DNA from: an uncultured bacterium
Lineage (GTDB): Bacteria; DYJV01
Assembly: GCA_964543655.1 (NCBI GenBank)
Contig: CAZIZE010000076.1
Span: forward strand, 1 to 36,365
Length of the DNA stretch: 36,365 nucleotides
Direction of reading: 5' to 3'
Shown here: positions 18,392 to 26,994 of the stretch, in pieces
Layout of the letters: every line of letters starts with the position of its first letter
Numbering within the stretch: the stretch's first letter is position 1
Made by a program: the position numbers and the translations under genes
Notes under the pieces: model-generated
The model's input: the letters and a program-made list of their open reading frames with translations, nothing else
Told to the model about the DNA's origin: nothing
Databases searched by the model: none

Positions 18392-18705
18392 AAGGCTTTG
18401 GCAATATGATGAAACAGCTAAAGAAAGTTCAGGATAAAATGAATAAAATTCAGGAGGAGCTTGCTACAAGAACAGTGGAAGGTAGTGCAGGTGGTTCTAT
18501 GGTTACTGCTGTAGTTAATGGCAAACAAGAGCTTGTTTCATTGAAAATAGAAAAAGAGGTTGTTGACCCAGATGATATTGAAATGTTACAGGATCTTATT
18601 GTGGCAGCTGTTAATCAGGGGATTAAAAAATCTCAAGATATGATGAATGAAGAGATGTCAAAATTAACAGGTGGACTTGGTTTAAATATTCCTGGATTGT
18701 TTTAG
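18388..18705 (+). CDS. ybaB: YbaB/EbfC nucleoid-associated protein
   Basis: [25 protein letters not shown]; follows dnaX; AGGAGG RBS. Confidence 0.95.
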   Translation: MKGFGNMMKQLKKVQDKMNKIQEELATRTVEGSAGGSMVTAVVNGKQELVSLKIEKEVVDPDDIEMLQDLIVAAVNQGIKKSQDMMNEEMSKLTGGLGLNIPGLF

Positions 18706-18713
18706 AATAAAAA

Positions 18714-18959
18714 ATGTACCTTGCTATTTTCATATTTTTTCTTAATATTCCTTTTGGATATTGGCGTGAAAATACCAAAAAATTTTCAAAGAACTGGTTC
18801 CTTGCAGTACATTTACCAGTACCATTAATTATAATAACAAGACTTTTACTTGGTATAAAACTAACTTTACCATTATTTGCACTTTTTGTATGCTCATTCT
18901 TTGCTGGTCAATCGCTTGGTGCGTATATTAGTAAAAAGAGGAGAGACACAAATTGTTAA
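18714..18959 (+). CDS. Small hypothetical membrane protein
   Basis: 81 aa, three hydrophobic stretches, motif-like NIPFGYWR...KFS..WFLAVHLPVP...GQ; fills the gap between ybaB and yicC. Confidence 0.75.
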   Translation: MYLAIFIFFLNIPFGYWRENTKKFSKNWFLAVHLPVPLIIITRLLLGIKLTLPLFALFVCSFFAGQSLGAYISKKRRDTNC

Positions 18960-19834
18960 GAAGCATGACGGGATTTGGAACAGCAACTGATGCTTTTGAT
19001 GATACCACTGTTACAATAGAAATTAAGAGCATTAATCACAGATACCTTGACATAAATTTTAGAATCCCTAAATTTTTATCATTATTAGAGAAAAATTTTA
19101 GAGATATTATTAGAGAGGAAATTAGTCGGGGTAAAATTAATCTTTCCGTTAATTTTGAAAAAATTGGTAAGCTTTACTCAGACATTACAGTTGATGTTGA
19201 TTTAGCAGAGCACTATTTTAAAGGTCTTGAGCTTATTAGTAAAAAGTTAAGAATCCCTAATGAAATCAATACAGTTGACTTTATTAATATGAAAGGTGTT
19301 TTTGATTTAAAAGAGAGGGATATTGATTTAGATTTTCAGATATTTATAGAAAATTTATTGAAAAAAGCTATTGACAATTTAAAATTAATGAAAGAGGATG
19401 AAGGGAAGTTCCTTGAAAATGATATTTTAAAAAGAATTGATAAATTAGAAAATTATATATTGCAAATAGATAAATTAAAAGAGCAAATTATTGATAAATA
19501 CAGAGAGAAACTTGAAAAAAACATTGAGAAAATTTTTGGTGAGCAAAGAGAACTTATTAATGAAAAACGTATAGAATTTGAGATTGTACAGTTTAGTGAT
19601 AGGAGTGATATTACAGAGGAGATTGTTCGGTTTAAAAGTCACATTAACAAATTTTTAAAAACTGTATCTCTATCTCCACCTGTTGGTAAAAAGCTTGATT
19701 TTATCCTACAGGAGATGAATAGAGAGGTTAACACAATTGGTTCTAAAAATATTTTACCTGAAATATCTAATATTGTAATTGAAGCAAAAACTGAAATTGA
19801 GAAAATCAGAGAACAGATACAGAATATAGAATAA
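18953..19834 (+). CDS. yicC: YicC/YloC family endoribonuclease
   Basis: SMTGFG, EIKSINHRYLD, SRGK, DITEEIVR, GKKLDFILQEMNREVNTIGSK, EKIREQIQNIE; TTG start. Confidence 0.96.
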   Translation: MLRSMTGFGTATDAFDDTTVTIEIKSINHRYLDINFRIPKFLSLLEKNFRDIIREEISRGKINLSVNFEKIGKLYSDITVDVDLAEHYFKGLELISKKLRIPNEINTVDFINMKGVFDLKERDIDLDFQIFIENLLKKAIDNLKLMKEDEGKFLENDILKRIDKLENYILQIDKLKEQIIDKYREKLEKNIEKIFGEQRELINEKRIEFEIVQFSDRSDITEEIVRFKSHINKFLKTVSLSPPVGKKLDFILQEMNREVNTIGSKNILPEISNIVIEAKTEIEKIREQIQNIE

Positions 19835-20463
19835 TGGCTGAAGGTACAATTTTTATAATATCTGCTCCCTCTGGAGCAGGAAAAACAAGTTTAATACAAA
19901 AGATTCTTTCAACAAGGGATGATTCTGTTTTTTCAATCTCTTATACCACAAGGCCTCCAAGGGAAAATGAAATAAATGGAAAAGATTATTTTTTCATAGA
20001 TAATGATAAATTTAGAAGTATGATAGCAAAAAATGAATTTCTTGAATATGCAAATGTGCACAATTACTATTATGGCACAGGAAAAGAGTATGTTTTTCAA
20101 AATATTCAAAAAGGCAAAAATATTATACTTGACATTGATTATCAAGGTGCTAATATAGTCAAGAAAAATTTAAGCAATACAGATATTGACGTTGTATCTA
20201 TTTTTATTTTACCACCATCTTTTGAGGTTTTAAAAGAGAGATTGATAAATAGAGGCACAGATTCAGAAAAAGTTATAAACACAAGATTAAAAAACGCTAA
20301 AAAAGAGATTGAAAATTCATTAAATTACGATTATCTTATTGTTAATGACAACTTTGAAGAAGCTTTTTATAATCTTAATTCAATATTCAACAGTAATAGT
20401 TTAAAAGCGAGATTTATGAAAAATAGAGTAAAAAATATTTTAAAAAATTACAAATTAAATTAA
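19834..20463 (+). CDS. gmk: Guanylate kinase
   Basis: SAPSGAGKTS, SYTTRPPR.NE.NG.DYFF, FILPPS, RGTD. Confidence 0.97.
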   Translation: MAEGTIFIISAPSGAGKTSLIQKILSTRDDSVFSISYTTRPPRENEINGKDYFFIDNDKFRSMIAKNEFLEYANVHNYYYGTGKEYVFQNIQKGKNIILDIDYQGANIVKKNLSNTDIDVVSIFILPPSFEVLKERLINRGTDSEKVINTRLKNAKKEIENSLNYDYLIVNDNFEEAFYNLNSIFNSNSLKARFMKNRVKNILKNYKLN

Positions 20464-20473
20464 GGAGTGAAAA

Positions 20474-20683
20474 ATGGCAAGAGTTACAATTGAAGATTGT
20501 CTTGAAAAAATCCCAAGTAGATACAAGCTTACTATTGTAGCATTTAAAAGGGTTAAGCAATTATTAAAAGGTGCGAAACCTGTTGTTGATCCAGAAGGGA
20601 ACAAGTTGACTGTTGTTGCTCTTAAAGAAATTGCCGCAGGAAAAATAAAAATAGCAAAAGAGGAAAATGAAGAATATTTTTAA
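20474..20683 (+). CDS. rpoZ: RNA polymerase omega subunit
   Basis: [24 protein letters not shown]; follows gmk. Confidence 0.96.
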   Translation: MARVTIEDCLEKIPSRYKLTIVAFKRVKQLLKGAKPVVDPEGNKLTVVALKEIAAGKIKIAKEENEEYF

Positions 20684-20713
20684 TTTACACTATCAAAATA
20701 ACGGGAGGTAAAA

Positions 20714-21826
20714 ATGAAAAAATTATTTTTATCCACAATTTTTCTACTACTTTTTACTACATTTGCATTTTCTGAAATTAAAATCCCTGTTGTAAGCCCA
20801 TACACAGGTCCCCTTGCAACTTTTGGAGAAGGAGTTAAAAATGGGGCATTACTTGCTGCTGAAGATATTAACAAAGCAGGTGGAATTAATGGGGAAAAAG
20901 TAAAGATTTTACTTGAAGATGATATGTGTGACCCTAAAGAAGCAGCTAATGTTGCAACTAAAATTGCAGGTATGAAAGATGTTTATATTGTAGTAGGTCA
21001 TCTATGTTCTTCTGCAACTTTATCAGCTCTCCCTATTTACAAAAGAGCCCATCTTCCAGCTATTTCACCAGCATCTACAAATGTTACCATTGGTAGATTA
21101 AGTAAATATTATTTTAGAAATGTTTATAAAGATGATTTCCAGGGAAAATTTCTTGCAAGATATGCAGATGAAGCTCTCCATGCTAAGAAAGTGGTTATCT
21201 TTTATGAAAATAATGACTATTCAATAGGTTTAAAAGATGCTTTTATAAAAGAAGCTAAAAAAAGAGGATTAAAAATACTTGGTACAGAAGCATATACTCA
21301 GGATGACACAGATTTTAAACCTATTCTTACTAAATATAGAGCACTGAGACCAGATGTAATATTTATTCCAGGATATGCACCTCAGGGGACTCTCATTATT
21401 TCTCAGGCAAGAGAGCTTGGATTTAAGTGTAAATTTATGGGAGCAGATGGACTTGATGATAAAATTATGTTACAAAATCCTGATGCTGAAGGATTAATGA
21501 TAACAACACCTTTTATACCAGATAAGGCTGGTAAAGCTGCTCAAAAATTTATAAAAGAGTATAAAGCCAAATTTCATTCAGAGCCAAACTGGTTTGCTGC
21601 TAATTCTTATGATGCAGTGATGTTAGCTGCACAGGCAATTAAACATGCTGGTAAGAATAGAGAGAAAATTAGAGCATACCTTGCAAGTATAAATTCACCA
21701 GCAAAAGCATTTAAAGGTGTAACTGGTGCAACATATTTTGATAAATATGGTGATTGCCAGAAACCAGCATTTATAAAAGTAATTAAAAATGGCAAATGGG
21801 TAGGTGCAGAAATTCAGATTAAATAA
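20714..21826 (+). CDS. livK: Branched-chain amino acid ABC transporter substrate-binding protein
   Basis: Signal peptide; PYTGPLATFG, INKAGGING, DDMCDPKEA, VVGHLCSSAT, SYDA; GGGAGG RBS. Confidence 0.93.
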   Translation: MKKLFLSTIFLLLFTTFAFSEIKIPVVSPYTGPLATFGEGVKNGALLAAEDINKAGGINGEKVKILLEDDMCDPKEAANVATKIAGMKDVYIVVGHLCSSATLSALPIYKRAHLPAISPASTNVTIGRLSKYYFRNVYKDDFQGKFLARYADEALHAKKVVIFYENNDYSIGLKDAFIKEAKKRGLKILGTEAYTQDDTDFKPILTKYRALRPDVIFIPGYAPQGTLIISQARELGFKCKFMGADGLDDKIMLQNPDAEGLMITTPFIPDKAGKAAQKFIKEYKAKFHSEPNWFAANSYDAVMLAAQAIKHAGKNREKIRAYLASINSPAKAFKGVTGATYFDKYGDCQKPAFIKVIKNGKWVGAEIQIK

Positions 21827-21841
21827 ATTAGTAGGGATGAA

Positions 21842-22756
21842 ATGTTCTGGCAGCAGCTTGTTAACGGTCTTGTGCTTGGATGTGTTTATGCATTAATAGC
21901 AGTAGGCTATACACTTGTTTATGGCGTTATTGAGCTTATAAATTTTGCTCATGGCGAAATTTATATGCTCGGCGCCTTTTTTATGTACACATATTTAAAT
22001 GCAGGAATTTCTTTTTATTTTGCATTTGTTTTAGCTGTTATTTCATGTATTATTGTGGGAATTTTTCTTGATATAATAGCTTACAGACCTGTAAGGCACT
22101 CTGATAGGCTATCTGCATTAATAACAGCTATTGGTATGAGTATATTTTTTCAGAATCTTGCCCTTATAATATGGGGTGCTGATATAAAAAGATATTCAAG
22201 ACATTTTATTCCAGCATTTTTTAGAAAACTTGCAATTAACCTCCCAAACGATTCAATACCTATTTTCAAAAATGTTTTTTTAACTGTGTCCTATTTACAG
22301 GTAACAATAATTGTTTTATCAATTTTACTTATGATAATTTTGCATTTAATAATTAATAAAACAAAAATTGGTACAGCAATGAGAGCAATAGCGCAAGATA
22401 AACAGGCTGCGGCTCTAATGGGTATTGATGTTAATAGAGTTATATCTTTTACTTTTGCACTTGGCTCAGGGCTGGCTGCTGTTGCTGGAGTTTTAATAGG
22501 AATGTATTACAACAGCATTTACCCTACAATGGGTTATATTGCTGGAATCAAAGCTTTTGCTGCTGCTGTTCTTGGTGGAATAGGTTCAGTTCCTGGAGCA
22601 ATGCTTGGAGGAGTAGTTCTGGGGATGGCAGAAACTTTTGGAGCTGGATATATATCAAGTCAGTACAGGCATGGAATTGCATATGCAGCAATGATATTTG
22701 TCATTCTTTTTAATCCATCAGGTTTGCTTGGGAAAAAGCGGGTGGAGAAAGTTTAA
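21842..22756 (+). CDS. livH: Branched-chain amino acid ABC transporter permease LivH
   Basis: QQLVNGL..G..YALIAVGYTLVYG...INFAHG, GTAMRA, KAFAAAVLGGIGS. Confidence 0.96.
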   Translation: MFWQQLVNGLVLGCVYALIAVGYTLVYGVIELINFAHGEIYMLGAFFMYTYLNAGISFYFAFVLAVISCIIVGIFLDIIAYRPVRHSDRLSALITAIGMSIFFQNLALIIWGADIKRYSRHFIPAFFRKLAINLPNDSIPIFKNVFLTVSYLQVTIIVLSILLMIILHLIINKTKIGTAMRAIAQDKQAAALMGIDVNRVISFTFALGSGLAAVAGVLIGMYYNSIYPTMGYIAGIKAFAAAVLGGIGSVPGAMLGGVVLGMAETFGAGYISSQYRHGIAYAAMIFVILFNPSGLLGKKRVEKV

Positions 22757-22768
22757 GGAGAAATTTTT

Positions 22769-22936
22769 ATGGATTATAATAAAAAAGTTGCTGATCTAAC
22801 TGTTGGGGAGCTTATAGATATTATAGAGCAATCAGTTGCAACTGTGCTTTCTGAAATGATAGAAGCTGCTGCTGAAAATTTTGAAGAGGATGATTTTTTA
22901 ACTGATACAGGTGATAATAAAAAATTATTTTCATAA
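22769..22936 (+). CDS. 55-aa acidic small protein (below the ORF-track cutoff)
   Basis: AAGGAG (22755-22760) 8 nt before ATG; translates MDYNKKVADLTVGELIDIIEQSVATVLSEMIEAAAENFEEDDFLTDTGDNKKLFS; fills the livH-livM gap almost exactly. Confidence 0.8.
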   Translation: MDYNKKVADLTVGELIDIIEQSVATVLSEMIEAAAENFEEDDFLTDTGDNKKLFS

Positions 22937-22942
22937 ATTTCT

Positions 22943-23887
22943 TTGGAGAAAGGTTTGAAGTATAGAAAATACTTTATATTTGCAATTATTATAGCTCTGA
23001 TTTTACCATGGATACCTATTAACAGCGCCAACTATATAACAAGAGTTGCTACTCTGACGATTCTTTACATGGTGCTTGCTATGGGGTTAAATATTATTGT
23101 TGGTTTTGCTGGACTGCTTGATCTTGGTTATGTTGGTTTTTATGGTATTGGTGCCTATGTTGCTGGATTGCTATCTATTCATTATGGCCTGCCATTTTAT
23201 ATTTTATTACCTTTATCTCTGTGTGCAGGTGCAATTTCAGGAGTGGTTCTTGGTGCGCCCACTTTAAAACTCACAGGAGATTACTTTGCAATTGTTACTT
23301 TTGGTTTTGCAGAATTGGTAATACTTGTTGTTAGAAATGAAATATGGCTTACCCGAGGGCCTATGGGCATAGCAGGAATTCCTCCAATTACAATTTTTGG
23401 CCATACTTTTACAAAGGGATATGAATACTACTATTTGATGCTTGCTATTTTTTTAATAGTGTTTACTGTAATAAAAAGGCTTGAACATTCGAAAATAGGT
23501 AGAGCATGGTTTGCAATTAGAGAAGATGAAATTGCTGCAAGGTGTTGTGGAATTAATGTGGTTAGATACAAAGTACTTGCATTTGCAATTAGTGCATCAA
23601 TAGGTGCTGTTGGTGGATGCTTTTTTGCAAAGTGGTTTTCCTTTATACATCCAGATATGTTTAAATTTTGGGAATCTATTTTAATCCTATGCTTAATTGT
23701 ATTTGGTGGCATGGGGAATGTCTATGGAGTGCTTTTAGGGACCCTTGTTCTTATACCAATTACAGAGGTTTTGAGAAATGTGCTGCCACAGCAGCTTGTT
23801 GAGGCAAGGTATTTAATTTTTGGTGTTTTACTTGTGGTAATGATGAGATTTAGACCAAATGGCTTAATTCCATTTAGTAAGAGGTAG
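22943..23887 (+). CDS. livM: Branched-chain amino acid ABC transporter permease LivM
   Basis: [55 protein letters not shown]. Start may be TTG 22955 (GGAG upstream). Confidence 0.95.
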   Translation: MEKGLKYRKYFIFAIIIALILPWIPINSANYITRVATLTILYMVLAMGLNIIVGFAGLLDLGYVGFYGIGAYVAGLLSIHYGLPFYILLPLSLCAGAISGVVLGAPTLKLTGDYFAIVTFGFAELVILVVRNEIWLTRGPMGIAGIPPITIFGHTFTKGYEYYYLMLAIFLIVFTVIKRLEHSKIGRAWFAIREDEIAARCCGINVVRYKVLAFAISASIGAVGGCFFAKWFSFIHPDMFKFWESILILCLIVFGGMGNVYGVLLGTLVLIPITEVLRNVLPQQLVEARYLIFGVLLVVMMRFRPNGLIPFSKR

Positions 23888-23889
23888 AT

Positions 23890-25002
23890 GTGCTTGAAGT
23901 AGTTAATTTAACAAAAGATTTTGGTGGTGTTAGAGCTGTATCAAATGTATCTTTCAAAGTTAACAAAGGTGAAATTGTCAGTATCATTGGTCCAAATGGT
24001 GCTGGTAAAACTACTCTTTTTAACCTGCTCACTGGATTAATCAAACCTACAAAAGGCTCTATTATTTTCGAAGGAAAAGAAATAATACCGGAAGATAAGC
24101 CTCAAGATATAAGGAAGTTAGAAATTTCTTCAATCTTAATAGGTATTTACTCAGTTGTTGTGATGTTGTATTTTTATTTAGTTTATTATAAACAGGCAAC
24201 TTTTCAGTTTGAATTTACTCTATTTGTAATATCTGTTGCAATTCTTAGAGTTTTTGCAACATACAGATTATTTCAGAGAGTTTTATGGGCAAGAGGTTTT
24301 CACTCTATAATGTTTTTTTTTGATACAGCTTTTGCTCTCTACTTTGCCTGCTCAGAGCATTTTATAATTCCTTTTATACTTATATTTGCATTTTCATTAT
24401 ATTTTTATCTTTATTTAATGAAGAAAAAAACAAGGTATCTTTTTGGGGAATTTCTTGAAGCAGAAAATATAGCTAAAATTGGAATTTCCAGAACATTTCA
24501 GAACATAAGATTATTTCAGAACTTAACAGTGCTTGAAAATATTTTAATAGGATTTCATTTACACACAAAATCGCACATTGGAAATATTTTATTAAAAACT
24601 AAATCACAGCAACATGAGGAAAAATTATTAGTAGAAAAGGCTAAAAAACTGCTTGATTATGTAGGCATTAGACAATCAGCAGATTTGCTTGCTTCAAACT
24701 TACCATATGGAGAGCAAAGAAAATTAGAAATAGCCCGAGCTCTTGCTGCAAAACCAAAACTATTACTCCTTGATGAGCCTGCTGCTGGAATGAATCCTAA
24801 AGAAACCAGAGAGTTACTACAGCTAATTGAAAAAATCAGAAAAAGTGGAATAACTGTTATTTTAATTGAGCATGACATGAAGTTGGTAATGAACATTTCT
24901 GACAGAATTATTGTACTTGACTATGGAAAAAAAATTGCAGAAGGACTCCCATCTGAAATAAAAAATAATAAAAGAGTAATTGAAGCTTACCTTGGTGGAT
25001 AA
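23890..25002 (+). CDS. livG: LivG-type ABC ATPase with an internal ~120-aa hydrophobic insertion
   Basis: Walker [18 protein letters not shown], signature LPYGEQR, Walker [19 protein letters not shown]-terminal VIEAYLG; 370 aa versus about 255 aa for typical LivG; GTG start after GAGG. Confidence 0.92.
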   Translation: MLEVVNLTKDFGGVRAVSNVSFKVNKGEIVSIIGPNGAGKTTLFNLLTGLIKPTKGSIIFEGKEIIPEDKPQDIRKLEISSILIGIYSVVVMLYFYLVYYKQATFQFEFTLFVISVAILRVFATYRLFQRVLWARGFHSIMFFFDTAFALYFACSEHFIIPFILIFAFSLYFYLYLMKKKTRYLFGEFLEAENIAKIGISRTFQNIRLFQNLTVLENILIGFHLHTKSHIGNILLKTKSQQHEEKLLVEKAKKLLDYVGIRQSADLLASNLPYGEQRKLEIARALAAKPKLLLLDEPAAGMNPKETRELLQLIEKIRKSGITVILIEHDMKLVMNISDRIIVLDYGKKIAEGLPSEIKNNKRVIEAYLGG

Positions 25003-25003
25003 A

Positions 25004-25708
25004 ATGCTGCAAATAAAAGAGATTAGAACTTATTATGGAAAAATAGAAGCACTTAAAGGTATTAGCTTTGAAGTTAAAAAGGGTGAAATAGTTTCATTAA
25101 TTGGAGCTAATGGTGCAGGAAAAACAACAACTTTATTATCAATTAGTGGTATAATCAAGCCTAAATATGGTGAGATTATTTTTGACAATAAAAGAATAGA
25201 CCAGCTTTCACCTGATAAAATTGTTTTAATGGGAATTTCACAGGTTCCTGAAGGTAGAAGAGTTTTTCCTTTTCTAACTGTTAAAGAAAATCTGATGCTT
25301 GGAGCATATCTCAGAAAAGATAAAGAAGAAATTAATAATGATTTGCAACATATTTTTGAGTTGTTTCCTATTTTAAAAGAGAGGTTACATCAAGATGCTG
25401 GGACATTAAGTGGTGGAGAACAGCAAATGCTTGCAATAGGACGTGCATTAATGTCAAAACCATCTGTGTTACTTCTTGATGAACCATCACTTGGTTTAGC
25501 ACCAAAAATTGTAGAGCTTATCTTTGATATTATTCTTGAAATAAATAGAGAAGGTGGTACCATTCTGTTAGTTGAGCAAAATGCAAATATGGCTCTTAAA
25601 ATTTCTCACAGGGCTTATGTTCTTGAGACAGGTGAAATAAAGCTTGAAGGTAAAGCTGAAGAGCTTCTTGACAATGAAGATATTAAAAAAGCTTATCTTG
25701 GTGAATAA
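25004..25708 (+). CDS. livF: Branched-chain amino acid ABC transporter ATPase LivF
   Basis: GANGAGKTT, VPEGRRVF, LSGGEQQML, LDEPSLGLAP, VEQN, KAYLG; ATG 25004 right after the livG stop, preferred over TTG 24980. Confidence 0.96.
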   Translation: MLQIKEIRTYYGKIEALKGISFEVKKGEIVSLIGANGAGKTTTLLSISGIIKPKYGEIIFDNKRIDQLSPDKIVLMGISQVPEGRRVFPFLTVKENLMLGAYLRKDKEEINNDLQHIFELFPILKERLHQDAGTLSGGEQQMLAIGRALMSKPSVLLLDEPSLGLAPKIVELIFDIILEINREGGTILLVEQNANMALKISHRAYVLETGEIKLEGKAEELLDNEDIKKAYLGE

Positions 25709-26436
25709 TGAGATTAAATAAATTTCTTGCACAATGTGGAATTGGTGCAAGAAGAAAATGTGATGAGCTTATTTTTAATGGAAAAGTTGAGGTTAATGGT
25801 AAGATAATTAAAGAACCATGGTTTAATATTAATACAGAAACAGATATTATAAAAGTCAATAACAAGCCAGTTACAATAGAAAGCAAAATCTATATAGCTC
25901 TTAATAAGCCAGCCAATGTTTTATGCACTTTAAAAGATGATTTTAACAGAAAAATAATAACTGACCTATTAAAAGGTATTAAGGCAAGAGTTTATCCTGT
26001 GGGCAGACTTGACTATGATGTAAAGGGGATTATTCTACTTACAAATGATGGAGAGCTTGCGAACAGATTGATTCATCCTAAATATAAAGTTAGTAAAACA
26101 TATATTGTTAAAGTTAAAGGTAAAGTATCAACGGAATCCTTAAAAAAGCTTGAAAAGGGTGTAATCCTTGATGATGGCAAAAAAACTTTGCCTGCTAAAA
26201 CTAAGCTTATAAAAATAAGTAATTACTATAGCATAGTAGAACTTGAAATTAAAGAAGGCAGAAAGAGGCAGGTAAAGAGAATGTTTCAATGTATCAACCA
26301 CCCTGTAATTGAATTGAAAAGAATAAAATTTGCCACAATAACTTTAAATGGTTTAAAAGAGGGAGAGTGGCGTTATCTAAATAATAGAGAAGTAAAGAGA
26401 TTGTATGAAATTACAAATGCATATAATATTAATTAG
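25708..26436 (+). CDS. rluB: RsuA/RluB family rRNA pseudouridine synthase
   Basis: S4 domain MRLNKFLA..G...RR; LNKP; YPVGRLD catalytic Asp; LLTNDG; EGRKRQVKRM. Confidence 0.9.
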   Translation: MRLNKFLAQCGIGARRKCDELIFNGKVEVNGKIIKEPWFNINTETDIIKVNNKPVTIESKIYIALNKPANVLCTLKDDFNRKIITDLLKGIKARVYPVGRLDYDVKGIILLTNDGELANRLIHPKYKVSKTYIVKVKGKVSTESLKKLEKGVILDDGKKTLPAKTKLIKISNYYSIVELEIKEGRKRQVKRMFQCINHPVIELKRIKFATITLNGLKEGEWRYLNNREVKRLYEITNAYNIN

Positions 26437-26625
26437 TGTTTAAGAGAGTGTTCAGAATTTTGTATTTTCCTAATATTGATTCAATCATTTCTGTATAAAA
26501 TTTTAATTATTATTCAAACTTTTTTAATTCTGAAGAATATTATATTAATGAAAATTTGATTTATTTTTAAATACTAACCCACAATAATTTATAGACATTA
26601 AATTAATGTTATGTTAAAAATAACT

Positions 26626-26994
26626 ATGAATTGTCCATTTTGTAATTTGGAAAACCTTGAAATATTAATGAAAAATAAATTTTGTTTTGCTATTTTTGAT
26701 AACTCTCCAGTAAATAAAGGACATTTGTTGATAATACCATTTAGACATTTTGACAATTTTTTTGATGCAACAACTCAAGAAAGAGATGCGCTTTTTGATT
26801 TACTAAATGATGCAAAGTTATTTTTAGATAAAAATTTTAAACCAGACGGTTACAATATTGGTGTTAACGTAGGCAAATATGCTGGCCAGACTATTTTTCA
26901 TCTACACATTCATCTTATACCTCGTTATAAAGGTGATATTGAAAATCCAAGAGGAGGTGTTAGAGGGGTTATCCCTGAAAAAAGAATTTATTAA
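26626..26994 (+). CDS. HIT family hydrolase
   Basis: CPFC, PVNKGHLLIIP, GYNIGVN.G..AGQTIFHLHIHLIPRY, PRGGVR. Start either 26611 or 26626. Confidence 0.93.
   Translation: MNCPFCNLENLEILMKNKFCFAIFDNSPVNKGHLLIIPFRHFDNFFDATTQERDALFDLLNDAKLFLDKNFKPDGYNIGVNVGKYAGQTIFHLHIHLIPRYKGDIENPRGGVRGVIPEKRIY

Noticed and set aside
22774-23031. 85-aa minus-strand ORF across the livH-livM gap
   Set aside because: It is the antisense of the RBS-supported 55-aa plus-strand ORF and overlaps livM.
24088-24453. LivG insertion as an intein, intron or frameshift artefact
   Set aside because: No intein terminal residues or endonuclease motifs, no structured GC-rich RNA, and the frame is continuous with TM-like composition.
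26451-26534. 9-bp inverted repeat TTCAGAATT/AATTCTGAA in the rluB-HIT gap
   Set aside because: Could be a decayed MITE, but the match does not extend, no second copy is in the window, and such a match is plausible by chance in very AT-rich DNA.
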